A stretch of DNA of 60,548 nt, the filler included, from Asterionella formosa (taxonomy: Eukaryota), in assembly GCA_002256025.1 (NCBI GenBank). It is 11 parts of 11 records of this genome, joined end to end, with 100 filler letters (N's around TTAATTAATTAA, not from the genome) between each part and the next. Parts side by side here need not be neighbours in the genome. Positions count along the whole stretch, not along the records: positions 11,047 to 16,468 come from NKIB01013077.1; positions 16,569 to 21,989 come from NKIB01013078.1; positions 22,090 to 27,504 come from NKIB01013079.1; 8 more parts are not named here. One strand, given 5' to 3'. Positions within the stretch are counted from its first letter, which is position 1, and every line of letters begins with the position of its first letter. The notes beneath the pieces are model-generated. The model was not told the DNA's origin, made no database searches, and worked only from the letters and a program-made list of their open reading frames with translations. A program made the position numbers and the translations under genes. Shown here piece after piece: positions 12,894 through 25,475 of this stretch.

Positions 12894-14635
12894 TTACGCG
12901 GCAATAAAGTCAACATTGTATTCTCCCTTGAATTCCATCTCGTCCTCATCGAACCCAACAGTTGGGAAGGAGCAAGCAAAATCACAAACTTCGGCACGAA
13001 GCTTCACCAAATCGGGAGATACAGATGGTCCAACACTACACATTTCCTTGAAGCCTTTTAGTTTCTTGCCTTGTTCTGTTTTCTGTAGGTCCACAGCAAT
13101 CGTTACTGCCCTGTCAAAGAACTGAGCGACCTTGGTGAAGTCCTTCTCCATAAATCCACGTGAGGTAAGAGCAGGAGCTCCCATACGAATGCCACCTGGA
13201 GTCAAGGCAGATGTGTCACCAGGAATAGTGTTCTTGTTGGTGGCCATGCAGCACAACTCCAGGATGCGTTCAACACGGGCTCCATCAATTGCACGAGATG
13301 TCTTAAGGTCAACAAGGACAAGGTGGTTATCAGTTCCTCCACTTACGAGGGTGTAACCCAACCTGTTTAGCTCATTTGCCATAGCGGCGCTGTTCTTCAA
13401 AACCTGCTTTTGGTACTCCACAAACTCAGGAGTGTTGGCCTGTTTCAAGCACGTAGCAAGTGCACCAATGGTGTGGTTGTGGGGACCTCCTTGGAGACCA
13501 GGGAAAACTGCAAAATTGATCTTCTCCTCTAGATCATACATGATAGGGTTGCCCTTCTTATCAACTCCCTTCTGGCCCTTCCTGAAGAAGATCATAGCTC
13601 CACGTGGTCCACGAAGACTCTTATGGGTGGTGGTAGTGACAACATCAGCATATGGGAAAGGAGATGGGATCACCCCAGCCGAAACGAGACCGGAGATGTG
13701 AGCCATATCGTTCATGACATATGCTCCAACGCCATCGGCAATCTTGCGGATGCGCTCGTAATCGATGAGACGAGCATAGGCAGATGCCCCGGCAACAATG
13801 ACTTTGGGGCGGAAAAGCTCAGCAGACTTTTCCATTTGATCGTAATCAATCGTTCCAGTCGTCTCATTGAGCCTGTAAGGCATTGATTCGAAGTACCTTG
13901 AAACCATAGAAATCTTCTTGGTAGGTGTCTGGTACCCGTGGGAGAGGTGACCTCCGTGGGGCAGGTCAAGGGCGAGAATTCTATCATGGGTCTCAAGGAG
14001 AGCAGTGTATACCTATTAAAGAACAAGGGCAAAATTAGAAAAATCCGTGACAGCGAGCATGGAAGCATTACCCTCAAGTTGAGACGTTGCATCGTCATCG
14101 TGCTGTCGTCCCAATTCCTTCCACAACGTCACATGTTCAAGTCGAGCGCTTATGGTAAATCATTGAGCAGGCTGAAAATTACACCACATTCAATTCCTCT
14201 GTTAAAAGATGCAATGCGGCATGAAAAGCAACTTACCTGGAAGTTGGCGGGAGATCCGGAGAGCGACTGAACATTTACGCCCCACTCTGCAGGATCCAAA
14301 TGAAAGGCTTCCAAGGCGCGCTTCTGGCAAAGGAGCTCAACTTGATCGATATTCTCGTTTCCTCCGTAGTATCTAGCTCCAGGGTAGCCCTCACTATACT
14401 TGTTAGAAAGAACGGACCCAAGAGCCTGAAGCACAGCCTTGCTGGTGAAGTTTTCACTGGCAATGAGAACAAGGGAATTGCGTTGACGCGCCTTTTCCTG
14501 TTCGATCAGATTACAGAGTTCAGGATCTTGTTCCGTCAAAGGCTTGTTTAGGTTAGCACCTGATGAAGCACCAGTGATAGAACGGACCGCAACGCGGCGG
14601 GCAGCGGGAGCGAAAGCACTACGAATGGCCAACAT
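12894..14635 (-). CDS. SHMT: Serine hydroxymethyltransferase, probably mitochondrial
   Basis: Exons 14635-14237 and 14012-12894. [35 protein letters not shown] (PLP lysine), FPGLQGGPH. Arg/Ala-rich transit peptide [19 protein letters not shown]. Confidence 0.97.
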
Positions 14636-15127
14636 GATCTTCAACAAGCGATGTTTATGAGAAACCAGAAATGATGCATATTGGTAGATCTCCTACATAT
14701 CTATGTATTTTTAATTTTTATTCAAGTGAAAATACCCTCCTAGCATGTATATACCAGTACATACGCAAATTCGAGAGTTTTCTTTACCTCATGCGTCATG
14801 AGGTTGATCAGGCATGACGACGAGAGGAGACGTGACGGCAGCAAACGAACGACTTCTTTGGTTTGAAGTTTGAAGTGACGTGTTGGAACCCATCGTATGA
14901 CTCGTCCGACTCTAACATTCGAAAAAGAGGCGTACCGGTAGGAGGAATGATCATGGGGGATAGCAAATGTGGTGGTACCTGGTACTCCCTCTGTCTAGTA
15001 ACAGTTGCATCGATAATTCAAATTTATCCGGGGCCATTTTGACTCCTACGATTTTCTCCGGCTCAATTGCCCTATTGTGCGGATTGCTCTAAGCTACAGA
15101 ATCATGTATACATTATATATAGAATGA

Positions 15128-15254
15128 TTAAAATTGGCTACTACATTTGAAAAAAACGTTTTTGGGATGTTTCGATTTTCACTTGTAGCTATCTCGAGCA
15201 AAATGCAGATGCATGAGGACCCATTTTTCCTCGAACCATATATTCTCAACATAC
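15128..15254 (+). repeat. Dispersed repeat end; inverted copy at 41652-41780
   Basis: ttaaaattggctactacatttgaaaaaa...gaaccatatattctcaacatac aligns by eye to the reverse complement of 41652-41780. Confidence 0.8.
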
Positions 15255-15559
15255 GTAAAAAGTACGATATAACAGTAGAACAACTGCAAATTGCGTTCAA
15301 TTATGGGATGTGCAACCCCGAAAGGAAATGTCACGAAACGTAAGGAAATGCGAAAGGAAACTTCAGGAAATTCCTGGAATTTCCTGAAGTCTCCAAAATT
15401 ATTTTTTCTGGCCAAAGTGAAAAACCGCATATCCTTCGTTCTGGATTTACAAGATTCCTTATCGGTAATAGTTAGGAGCATTTGAATTACCTGCGGATCC
15501 TGATAAAAGGTGCTGAAAACACGTCATCATCTATGTCACTGGTATACTTTCAACGTAGA

Positions 15560-16060
15560 AAAAAAGATTCCAGGTGGAAGCACATGAGGGAACGGAATCT
15601 TGATCAAACAATGCGACGACGAGTGTTCGGACCTGCGCCTGCCCATCTAATACGCATGCACAATTCTGTATATACTGGTTCATACAGTGGTCCTGGTACA
15701 GTGTAGTTTTGTACCTGGGCCTACCCACCTCAATGCACATGCCCAACGCTTTGTAAACTGGGGTTCAAACTGTGGTCCCGGGGTACCAGTACTGGGTATC
15801 GTACTGTACTACCGTTAGCATCACATACATCTATAACATCCATCAAGTCACGTCGATCCAGCAGATTTTACCTACGGTACTAGGGTACTGGTAGTAAATT
15901 CAGCTGATTCTTTGGATTTCATCAGATTTGATGTAATAACAGATAAACCCAGTACCTGGTACAAGTATATAGTGTAGAGTCTAGAAAACCGGTATAAGTG
16001 GAAACGCCTGTATGTATCGGTTTTGTCTCCGCAATATCAAATCCGACTCCTCATACTGTG
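15560..16060 (+). repeat. Dispersed non-coding repeat; inverted copy at about 56150-57110
   Basis: Shared blocks ttccaggtggaa..catgagggaacggaat, ggacctgcgcctgccc and ggaaacgcctgtatgtatcggttt..tctccgcaatatcaaatc. Confidence 0.9.
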
Positions 16061-17068
16061 CTATGCAGCCTGACAAGTTGCTAATAGTAACTACCTAGCA
16101 GCAGATCTGTAAAATCAAACAAGTTGCTTTAATTTTTCTGCTATGATATGAATGTCAAGATAAGATGCAACGGAAAGTCGTCTGGTAAACTTGCTTGAAA
16201 TAAATATTAAGCTTCACCACAGACAGCATTGAGATATACAGAGGAATCAGAGGATAACAAACAGCTTAAAATGAAGGTGATGGATTCATTCAAGACAGAC
16301 ATCATGATGTTATCATGTTAGTAAAAAAGGTAGGAGTAGATGTTTCCGAAGTGTTCTGCTCCATGTTGGGTCACAAGGAAGATGCAGTGGTGCAAATGCT
16401 GGGATGATGATCTTCTTAACAAAATAATTGCCATTGGGCAAATTCACGAACACAAAGTTGCCATTAAANNNNNNNNNNNNNNNNNNNNNNNNNNNNNNNN
16501 NNNNNNNNNNNNTTAATTAATTAANNNNNNNNNNNNNNNNNNNNNNNNNNNNNNNNNNNNNNNNNNNNTATCAAGTATCATGACATCAAGGATATGATGA
16601 TAGATGAGGGTGAGTTACAGAATAATAAAAATGGCACTACATGTGTCCATTTATTTGGGCCTGAGTGCGATTATTGGATAGCTTTACTAACATACTATAC
16701 AATTTAATTGACTTTATTTTGGAAAGAGTCTAATATAAATGCTTATCTATAGAGGCTGTCATAACAACATGAGTATACAGATAGTCTACCACTATGTAGC
16801 CTACTAGCATGTATTTGTATTGGTGTGAGGGTTCAATCATTATTGTATTCTACATGCGCGTACATATCTGTGTGTATCTCTGATAGTGTAACACCGATGT
16901 ATTGCTTTGTGGAATACATGTACATATTATCCACAGGGTCAGAAAACATTGAGCGTCCTCTTTTCTTGACTGTAATCTTTTGGGGAGACAAAACTCCCCA
17001 GTTTTCTACCCTGGCTGATTAAGTTACCAATTTTAAATTTACTATCGGGTATATATATAGAGAGACCT

Positions 17069-17105
17069 TGGGGATTGGCTGAGTGGTTAGCATGCGGGAT
17101 TCCCA
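17069..17105 (+). pseudogene. tRNA-Gly(CCC)-like 5' half (tRNA relic or SINE head)
   Basis: TGGCTGAGTGGTTAGCATGCGGGATTCCCA: A-box, D-arm and anticodon loop. No T-arm. Abuts a MITE. Confidence 0.45.
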
Positions 17106-17106
17106 G

Positions 17107-17189
17107 TACCTGGAAGTTGCGGAAAAGACTGTTGTTAGTCCTATGAGGACGACATAGCTAAATTTCACATTTATCGCAACTTGCTGCTA
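17107..17189. mobile_element. MITE, CC(A/T)GCAAGTTGCGG family, diverged copy
   Basis: TACCTGGAAGTTGCGGAAAA ... TTTATCGCAACTTGCTGCTA: imperfect TIRs with TA flanks. Confidence 0.65.
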
Positions 17190-18435
17190 CTACTCTGGTA
17201 GTTACCTGGTACACTGTTCATAAAACATACTATATACAACTACCTGAATCCATTATTCATATAGTCATTCATGCCAATATACCGGTAGACACTGAATATA
17301 TCACAAGGAGCACAATTTGTAGAATGGGATCAAGATCTCCACTTGACAACCCCCTCCCCCCATATGTTGTGGGTTCTTTCCCGCTCATTAGTAGGCTGCT
17401 TTAATTTTCTCTTTGGGGCTCAATATATAAAAGTCTTAAAGTCACTTTACTTTGACACTTTCCTTTGAAAAAAAGATACATCGTTAGGTAGTACTTTTTT
17501 CTCCTGAAAGAAAGGGCTATAGGTGGTAACAAAGAAGAATTAGATATTTTAACTACTATCATTTAGTCGTGTGCCATTCACAACATGAAAAATTCTTTAG
17601 ATGTAGATCTGTCTGGACTAGAAGGACTCTGTGGAATTTTGTAAACAAGAATCAATGCATCGAAACACACCCATGGAGCATACACAACATTTCCAAGTCT
17701 TTATTTTCTAGTCTACAGATGATGGCCTTTGGGGGGGGGGGGACGATGGGAACTGTCAGCATCCTCAACCTGTGTACTATCCCGAAAATTTTTGTGCCTT
17801 TGGTCAGTCCAAAACTCTTTGTTCAAAATTTTCGGTCAAATTTGATGATCTTCTAGGCGATAGTTCTTCTACGTTTTTGTATTAAGGTTACATAATACCA
17901 ATGCCTCTGAAAAAAGATTGCGAGAGCAGAGCATGCCATAAAACTCCACCTTGCAAGTGGTCATACTATATGCCAGTGTATATAAATGTTATCTATTTCT
18001 TATTCAATCCATTTGAGTAGCTCATCATGGGTTACAGGTTTGGCCTCTATCTCTTGATTAATGATTAAAAATAAAGTATTTTTCACACTTTGAAAAAAAG
18101 AAGAGTTCAAACAACTGGAAAGCAGTTGACATAAAAAAAGAAATCACAAAAGTATTGGATTGATATTTGATGCATTTGACTGTATGCCCCCCCTCATTAT
18201 CAAACAAATCATTTCTGACTTGATTGTGACAAAGAAATTTTCAGGCACTGGGGCATTTCAACATTTTATCAACAAATACAGCTGGAATGGTGACATCGCT
18301 CATTGGCATCATGAATGGTGCCAGTACACTTGACAAGTTCAAGGAGTGATTAAGACATCACTTCCCCTTCTGCTGCATCCTCCTTAAGTACATAATCACC
18401 TTCACCATAGAAGTAAAGTATCCTGAATTCATACA

Positions 18436-18541
18436 GCTCAGTCATATCAGCATCATCCACACTACCAGGAGCTGTGACCGCAGTGGCTCAGTCATATCAG
18501 CATGATCCATCATTGTCCTGGGAGCTGTGACTGCAATGGCC
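18436..18541 (+). repeat. Tandem duplication, about 50-bp unit x2
   Basis: gctcagtcatatcagcat..atcca...ggagctgtgac.gca.tggc occurs twice. Confidence 0.8.
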
Positions 18542-19251
18542 ATCACCAGCCACTTTACCCAAGATTTTCTTGAGCTCCCTCAGCAAAACTGCCATTCTTT
18601 CAATCCCACGATGCTTTGTGGTATCCAAATGATGATTTCAGACCCAACGATGGGTGAATGTACTTAAAAAGGCATGAAACAACAGCAACGTTACTCATTT
18701 GTCAAGTTTCATTTTCGTTCCATCCCATGCAGATAATGTTGAGATAATTATTGCAGACAGGCTTCTCATGTAACTTTTAATTTCTTTAACCTAGAAACTC
18801 ATTAAAATGCATACTTCCAGAAAACCTACTGTTCTGCAAATATAAATTATCTCGTCAGAAATGAAATATTTGATGAATTGAACAAGGGGCAATGGGTTGA
18901 ACTTAAAGACTGAATCCAGTCTATAATACTGAATTCAGCCTTGCCGGAAAGGATCCGGTTGAAAGTAAAATACTGCTTGATGTAACATCATGTATGATGT
19001 GAAACAAATATTTTTTCTTTGTTCGTCAATCGGTGTCAAAGGGAAAAACACCTGGAGGACGCATTCAGTCGGAAAATGGCGATATCGCTATTTGAGGTGC
19101 CCAAACCATCGTGCCGATTCTTCCCTTCTCCTCCTTTCTTCTTTTGAGACTTGAAGGACCCTTTGGAACATCCCCTCTCTCAGCAAGTGTCAAGCTGCGC
19201 TTCGGCAAGACTACATAACTCCCGGTAGTCAACTACCAATACAACGTCAGC

Positions 19252-20454
19252 ATGTTTCTCGCACAAGTAGGCTTCAAGTGCTGCAACAGTGGAAGCAGCT
19301 TCCAAATATTTTCAAAAATAGCGAGATCCCCTCCTGGAGCACGAGATGTTGTGAAGTCAGTTTCAAGGCTTCGATCCTTCTCGAAAAAGACTACGACCCT
19401 ATCATTGACATCGAAGAAACGCCATGGAGAGAAAATCACCATGGTCACCGCTTACGACTATCCTTCTGCTGTTCATGTGGCCCGAACCGGTGTAGATATG
19501 ATCTTGGTGGGAGATTCGGTGGCAATGGTGGAGCTAGGTCATGACACAACCCAGCCGATGACTATGGAGGACATGTTGCACCATTGTCGCTCCGTCGGAA
19601 GAGGGATCGCATTCGCAGGTTTACCCTCGCCTTTGTTGATTGGTGATATGCCCTTTGGGACTTATGAATTTGAAGATACAGATGTGGCCCTACGCAATGC
19701 ATACCGATTTGTGAAGGAAGCCGGTTGTGATGCTGTCAAGTTGGAGGTGAGTATCTCTTTTCCTTAGAAGTGGACCTTCGTTGGTTTCGCCTATTTGTTA
19801 CTGACCGATGATCGACCCTGGGTTCTTGTACCAAAGGGAGGAAGCGAAGCTCGAGCAAGAACTGTTCAAAAGATCGTTGAAGGAGGTGTGGCCGTCATGG
19901 GGCACATTGGCCTTACACCTCAGGCCATTAGTGTGATTGGTGGGTTCCGAGCTCAAGGTCGAACGGCGAACCGGGCTCGTGCGCTGCTTGATGAAGCTTT
20001 GCGATTGCAAGATGCAGGTGCTTTTTCAGTTGTTATTGAGTGCATTCCAAGCAACGTTGCCGCTGCCATTACCGAAACACTCGAGATTCCCACAATTGGA
20101 ATTGGCGCAGGTGGAGCCACGTCCGGGCAAGTTTTGGTATTTCACGACATGCTAGGCATGTTGTCGCATCCGCATCACGAGCAGTTTGTTCCAAAATTTT
20201 GTAAGCGATATGCGCAGGTTGGGCATACTATCCAGCAGGGGTTGTTGGAATTCAAGGCTGATGTTGAGAGTGGGGAGTTTCCAGGCGAGTCGTTTTCACC
20301 ATATGTGATGAGTCCCTCCGAAAAGCTAGCATTTGACGAGCTGCTGCGAAAGGACGAGACAGAACGCAAGCAACTGCATGAGAAAGCAGCAAAGAAACTG
20401 TCTCAAGCTGATGAGTATGAGCAATTGCACTTGTATGGTAAAGGCAAAGAATGA
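19252..20454 (+). CDS. panB: Ketopantoate hydroxymethyltransferase
   Basis: Exons 19252-19746 and 19837-20454. ITMVTAYDY, ILVGDS, GDMPFG, VKLEGG, VMGHIGLTPQ, IGIGAG, GQVLVFHDMLG. N-terminal extension suggests organelle targeting; exact start is uncertain. Confidence 0.96.
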
Positions 20455-20888
20455 ATTGTCCTTTCGATAACTATAGACAACTTGATGAAGACATCACAAA
20501 CTGCAGGTAGACCGCAAGAAGGGTCGCAAGATAAATGTTGCGAGTCCATTTCAGATGCTTTCTCGTTCGAATTCGCCCTGGCAAAAACAACATGTGTCGC
20601 TGTCCACAATCGAATGGGCAACCAAGACCATCAGTTCCCACTAAACGTCAACTGCGTCACTTAGTGCAAACTATTCGATTCATCTAAAACAAAAAGAGAG
20701 GATGCAAGCTGGATGCATCAACGACTGAAGATGCATTCGTGTAGCGATCGTTGAATTGCTAAAATTGTTATCCGACGCATGTAGTTTACATTACTTGTCC
20801 TACAGCTGCAGTACAGATAGATATGTTTGCCCGGTGTAAGAGTTATTTGAGTGTTTGGATGGTTTGGGTGGTCTTCGAAGTTGAAGAT

Positions 20889-21677
20889 TTAAGCCTTCTT
20901 GTAGGAAATAATCTGTTCAATGCCAACAGCAGCCTGGACTGTGACCATCACACTGTTCTCACCACCATCCCATGCGTCACGGATCTCGTCAGCTAGTTCT
21001 TCAGGGAAAGTAGGAAGATTGAGGTCAGTCTTCTGGTTACCTCCTTCGTCCATAAGGGTGAGTTCGTTTCCATCAATGTCAATGATTTCCCAATCGGTTT
21101 TGCTGACAATAGGGACGGTGGTACCGTGGGTGGATGGAATCATATCCTCCAGCTTTTTTCCAGTGAAGATGTCGGTAGCGGTAAAGTTACACTTAGCGTG
21201 ACCATGCTTTCCCGTCTTGGACACGGAGATGTTAAGGACCTTGCAAGGCTTTCCTTTGATCATCATGTACCCTAACACGTGAATCGAATAAGGTAACCAA
21301 GGTGTAGAGAACGTGAGTGCACATGTTGAAAGAGTTGGAATGAAATGCATTTAGGTTCCGGATGAATCTCAGCTCATGGCGAAGTCGAACGAGTTTCCCG
21401 TGTGTTATTCCAGCGGGTCACATCATAGTGGTACCACAACAAGACAACGTGACCTTCGCAATCAGCGCAATAGTTTGGCACTGCCCACCACCAGCATTAG
21501 ACAGTCCATTTTCCGTGGCCAGAATGCCTTCACGTAGACTACAGTATAGTGCACACGCAGACAAGCCAATTCTGCGTACTCACCTCCCTTCTTGATCTGC
21601 CCAGCTTCCATGGGGATGGTGTCGGAGGCTCCGGCATCGGCGGAGTCGATGGCGTAATCAGCTTCGTCTTCGGACAT
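20889..21677 (-). CDS. eIF5A: Translation factor eIF5A
   Basis: Exons 21677-21584 and 21271-20889 (phase 1). Hypusination motif SKTGKHGHAK. Confidence 0.97.
21365..21430 (-). ncRNA. Candidate intronic box C/D snoRNA
   Basis: Sense-strand ATGATGT (box C-like) ... CTGA (box D), about 97 nt before the 3' splice site. No clear terminal stem. Confidence 0.35.
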
Positions 21678-22181
21678 GATGAGTTGCTTTCAGGTATGTC
21701 GAAGAAATGGAGCCTGATACTATGTCAATTACTGGGTAGAGGTGCTACATAACGGTATACGAGTTTCCCATCAGTGTGCAGGGCACGACAAGAGCGTACC
21801 TGCGTGGTATCCCAGGCGATGATCACCAACCACAAGCCAATGTTGCTGGGTGGCTGATGGATGGAGAGTGGCCGTGCAACTGCCAAGTTCAAACAGCCAA
21901 GCTGACAACAAGGTGCTGTCTGTCGTGGTGGTGTGTTTGTCGGTGAGGAATGAGGACACTGGGCGGTTGAGCCATTCATTTTTTGTTTTNNNNNNNNNNN
22001 NNNNNNNNNNNNNNNNNNNNNNNNNNNNNNNNNTTAATTAATTAANNNNNNNNNNNNNNNNNNNNNNNNNNNNNNNNNNNNNNNNNNNNCGCTGTCATTG
22101 TCAAATCATCATCATCAGCAGAAAAGTCTTGTCTCCTGTGCTCTTCCTCTCCCGCACTCGTTCGGATCATAGTGGACACAC

Positions 22182-23539
22182 ATGCGTTTACACACGATAA
22201 TGATAATTACAAGGAGGACGACGAGACTCTCACAATGCTTCCGTCAACTTCGCTTGTCCACGTCGTCGCTTGCACCAGTAACTGCATTTACTGAAGACGA
22301 AACCATGATTCAATTAACCGCTCGGCAGTGGTCTAGAGAAACATTATTGCCCGTAGTACGAGCGATGGACGACGAGGGACAACTTCGACCTGAAATTGTC
22401 GCATCGTTATTTGACCATGGATATATGGGAATGGTGAGTACTACTTTTCACTCTATCTTGGTGCACTCTGCCTAGGAAGCCACAAAGTTGGACACTCCTT
22501 ACCAAACAATTTTTTTTCTCACAAGTGACTTGCTACAAACTATACGAAGGAAATACCCGACGATATGGGTGGCTCGGAATTGTCCTTTTTGTCTGCATGT
22601 CTTGTTGTTGAAGAAATTGCTCGTGTCGATCCGTCGGTGGCCTTGCTGGTGGACATTCATAATACATTAACCATCAACGCCATTCGTTTCTGGGGATCAT
22701 TCCACTTACAGCAAACATGGCTTCCGAAATTAGCCCACGGTACGGTGTCGTCCTTTGCCTTATCTGAAGCCGGATCTGGATCGGATGCCTTTTCATTGAA
22801 AACCACTGCGAGTCTGGATGCACAACAGCAGTATACTTTGCACGGGAGCAAAATGTGGATTTCAAATGCCAAGGAAGCGGGCGTCTTTTTAGTCTTTGCC
22901 AATGTCGATCCATCCAAGGGATACAAGGGAATTACTGCCTTTGTTGTGGATGCAACTACTCCAGGTCTTACTGTGGGTCCACCTGAACGAAAATTAGGTC
23001 TCAAGGCATCATCCACCTGCCCCGTCACATTCGACCATGTGATAGTTGACTCCTCCAACGTCTTAGGTGAGGTGGGAATGGGTTACAAGTATTGTATCCA
23101 AATACTCAATGAAGGGCGTATTGGTATTGCTGCACAACAAATTGGCATAGCCAAGGGTTGTTTGGATATAGTTATGCCATATTTGCAAGAACGGATGCAA
23201 TTCGGAACCCGCATTGGTGACTTTCAGGGAATGCAACATCAATATGCCCAAATTGCTACTCAAGTTCATGCTGCGGAATGTATGTTGTACAATGCTTGTC
23301 GATTGAAGGAATGTGGAATGCCATTTGTCAAACAAGCCAGTATGGTGAAATTGTTTGCTGCGCAAGTGGCAGAAACCACAGCCAGCAAGTCCATTGAATG
23401 GTTGGGTGGGATTGGATTCACCCGCGACTTGCTGGTTGAAAAGTTTTATAGAGACTGCAAGGTAGGGAGTATCTATGAAGGGACTAGCAACATTCAGCTT
23501 CAGACCATTGCAAAATTGGTTCAAGAGGAGTACAGATAG
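22182..23539 (+). CDS. ACADSB: Short/branched-chain acyl-CoA dehydrogenase, mitochondrial
   Basis: Exons 22182-22433 and 22550-23539. SFALSEAGSGSDAF, GSKMWISN, KLGLKASST, LNEGRIGIAAQ, IYEGTSNIQL. Confidence 0.93.
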
Positions 23540-24432
23540 TTCAGTGATTTGAAATTCTCATCTATGCTATTTTTGTTTGGCTAAATGAGATTGTCTATTT
23601 ATTGGTACTTGCTTGTTCCACTGAACGACATTGTAGTAACCAACACACAATTATTGCATGATGTATTACTTCATGGTGGTATCGTGTCTGCAATGTTTAG
23701 CCAAGTGTATTTCTTCAGCGAGACATCACNNNNNNNNNNNNNNNNNNNNNNNNNNNNNNNNNNNNNNNNNNNNNNNNNNNNNNNNNNNNNNNNNNNNNNN
23801 NNNNNNNNNNNNNNNNNNNNNNNNNNNNNNNNNNNNNNNNNNNNNNNNNNNNNNNNNNNNNNNNNNNNNNNNNNNNNNNNNNNNNNNNNNNNNNNNNNNN
23901 NNNNNNNNNNNNNNNNNNNNNNNNNNNNNNNNNNNNNNNNNNNNNNNNNNNNNNNNNNNNNNNNNNNNNNNNNNNNNNNNNNNNNNNNNNNNNNNNNNNN
24001 NNNNNNNNNNNNNNNNNNNNNNNNNNNNNNNNNNNNNNNNNNNNNNNNNNNNNNNNNNNNNNNNNNNNNNNNNNNNNNNNNNNNNNNNNNNNNNNNNNNN
24101 NNNNNNNNNNNNNNNNNNNNNNNNNNNNNNNNNNNNNNNNNNNNNNNNNNNNNNNNNNNNNNNNNNNNNNNNNNNNNNNNNNNNNNNNNNNNNNNNNNNN
24201 NNNNNNNNNNNNNNNNNNNNNNNNNNNNNNNNNNNNNNNNNNNNNNNNNNNNNNNNNNNNNNNNNNNNNNNNNNNNNNNNNNNNNNNNNNNNNNNNNNNN
24301 NNNNNNNNNNNNNNNNNNNNNNNNNNNNNNNNNNNNNNNNNNNNNNNNNNNNNNNNNNNNNNNNNNNNNNNNNNNNNNNNNNNNNNNNNNNNNNNNNNNN
24401 NNNNNNNNNGCCCATCCTCCAACTCCAACAGC

Positions 24433-25239
24433 ATGTTTCGCAATCAATACGACACAGATGTGACAGTGTGGTCGCCAGAAGGTCGCTTGCTGCAAGTGGA
24501 ATATGCCATGGAATCAGTCAAGCAAGGGTCGGCGTGTGTCGGAGTCCGCTCCAACACGCACGTGGTCTTGGGAGCACTCAAGCGCGCTGTATCAGAACTC
24601 AGCTCGCACCAGAAGAAGTTATTGGAAATCGATTCGCACATGGCAGTCGGATTCGCTGGTTTGACGGCCGACGCTCGATCCTTGGCCAAGTATATGCGCA
24701 ACGAATGTTGGAATCACAATTATGTCTACGGGGCTCACATGCCACCGCACTTGCTCATGGCAGATCTGGCCGACAAGCATCAACGAACCACTCAAACCTA
24801 TGTGAGGCGTCCATTCGGGGTCGGACTCCTGGTGGCTGCCATGGATACGGGGACCGCGACGCCGCATTTGTATCAAACATGTCCATCGGGAAATTTGTAC
24901 GAATACTACGCCACAGCTGTCGGAGCGCGCAGTCAAAGTGCCAAGACATACTTGGAGAAACACCATGAGGCCTTCCAAGATTCGACCATGGACGAATTGA
25001 TTGTCCATGCCTTGCAAGCTTTGGTCGGATGTGTCAGCGGAGATGACGAGCTTACCAACGAGAATGGGTCAATCGCTATTGTTGGGAAGGACATGACGTT
25101 TACCTTGTTGGAAGGTGATGCATTGCAGCCATATTTGGATAGATTGGAGTTGAGGGGTGGTGGAGAAGGAGAGGAGGAGAACGAAGGAGAAGAAGAAACT
25201 AAGGAAGACGACGACGACGCTGATGCCATGGAAACCTAA
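24433..25239 (+). CDS. PSMA1: 20S proteasome subunit alpha type-1 (alpha6)
   Basis: MFRNQYDTDVTVWSPEGRLLQVEYA, RRPFGVGLL, VGARSQSAKTYLE; acidic tail. Confidence 0.96.
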   Translation: MFRNQYDTDVTVWSPEGRLLQVEYAMESVKQGSACVGVRSNTHVVLGALKRAVSELSSHQKKLLEIDSHMAVGFAGLTADARSLAKYMRNECWNHNYVYGAHMPPHLLMADLADKHQRTTQTYVRRPFGVGLLVAAMDTGTATPHLYQTCPSGNLYEYYATAVGARSQSAKTYLEKHHEAFQDSTMDELIVHALQALVGCVSGDDELTNENGSIAIVGKDMTFTLLEGDALQPYLDRLELRGGGEGEEENEGEEETKEDDDDADAMET

Positions 25240-25475
25240 ACCTATGTCGTGATATGTTCGCTTATAGAGGATTGCTACCTTTTCCGGTACTGTAATCGCT
25301 CAAAATGATAAGAGAATTTCATTACATGATTATTTTTCTACTTATAGTTCTATCGGTTGCCGGTTTTGCCTGGCACAGAAATATCACAAAACAAGTCAAC
25401 CTGGGATAAACATACAAGAAGGAAACCATTCTCGTTGCAAAAACTCCAATTGGACTGTCATTTTGAATTCTACTT

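Noticed and set aside
13132..13886. Antisense or overlapping short ORFs within SHMT and other genes
   Set aside because: Shadow ORFs of real coding sequence with no motifs.
14606..14622. SAFAP motif in the SHMT N-terminus suggesting plastid targeting
   Set aside because: No preceding signal peptide; the Arg-rich amphipathic sequence fits mitochondrial targeting.
21330..21380. GCTGAGA...GAACCT in the eIF5A intron resembling a TPP riboswitch
   Set aside because: The pyrophosphate-binding half (GATC.GG.TAAT.CC.GCG.AGG) is absent.
12894..23539. Apparent one-carbon/CoA cluster (SHMT, panB, ACADSB)
   Set aside because: The three genes lie on three different contigs joined by artificial linkers.
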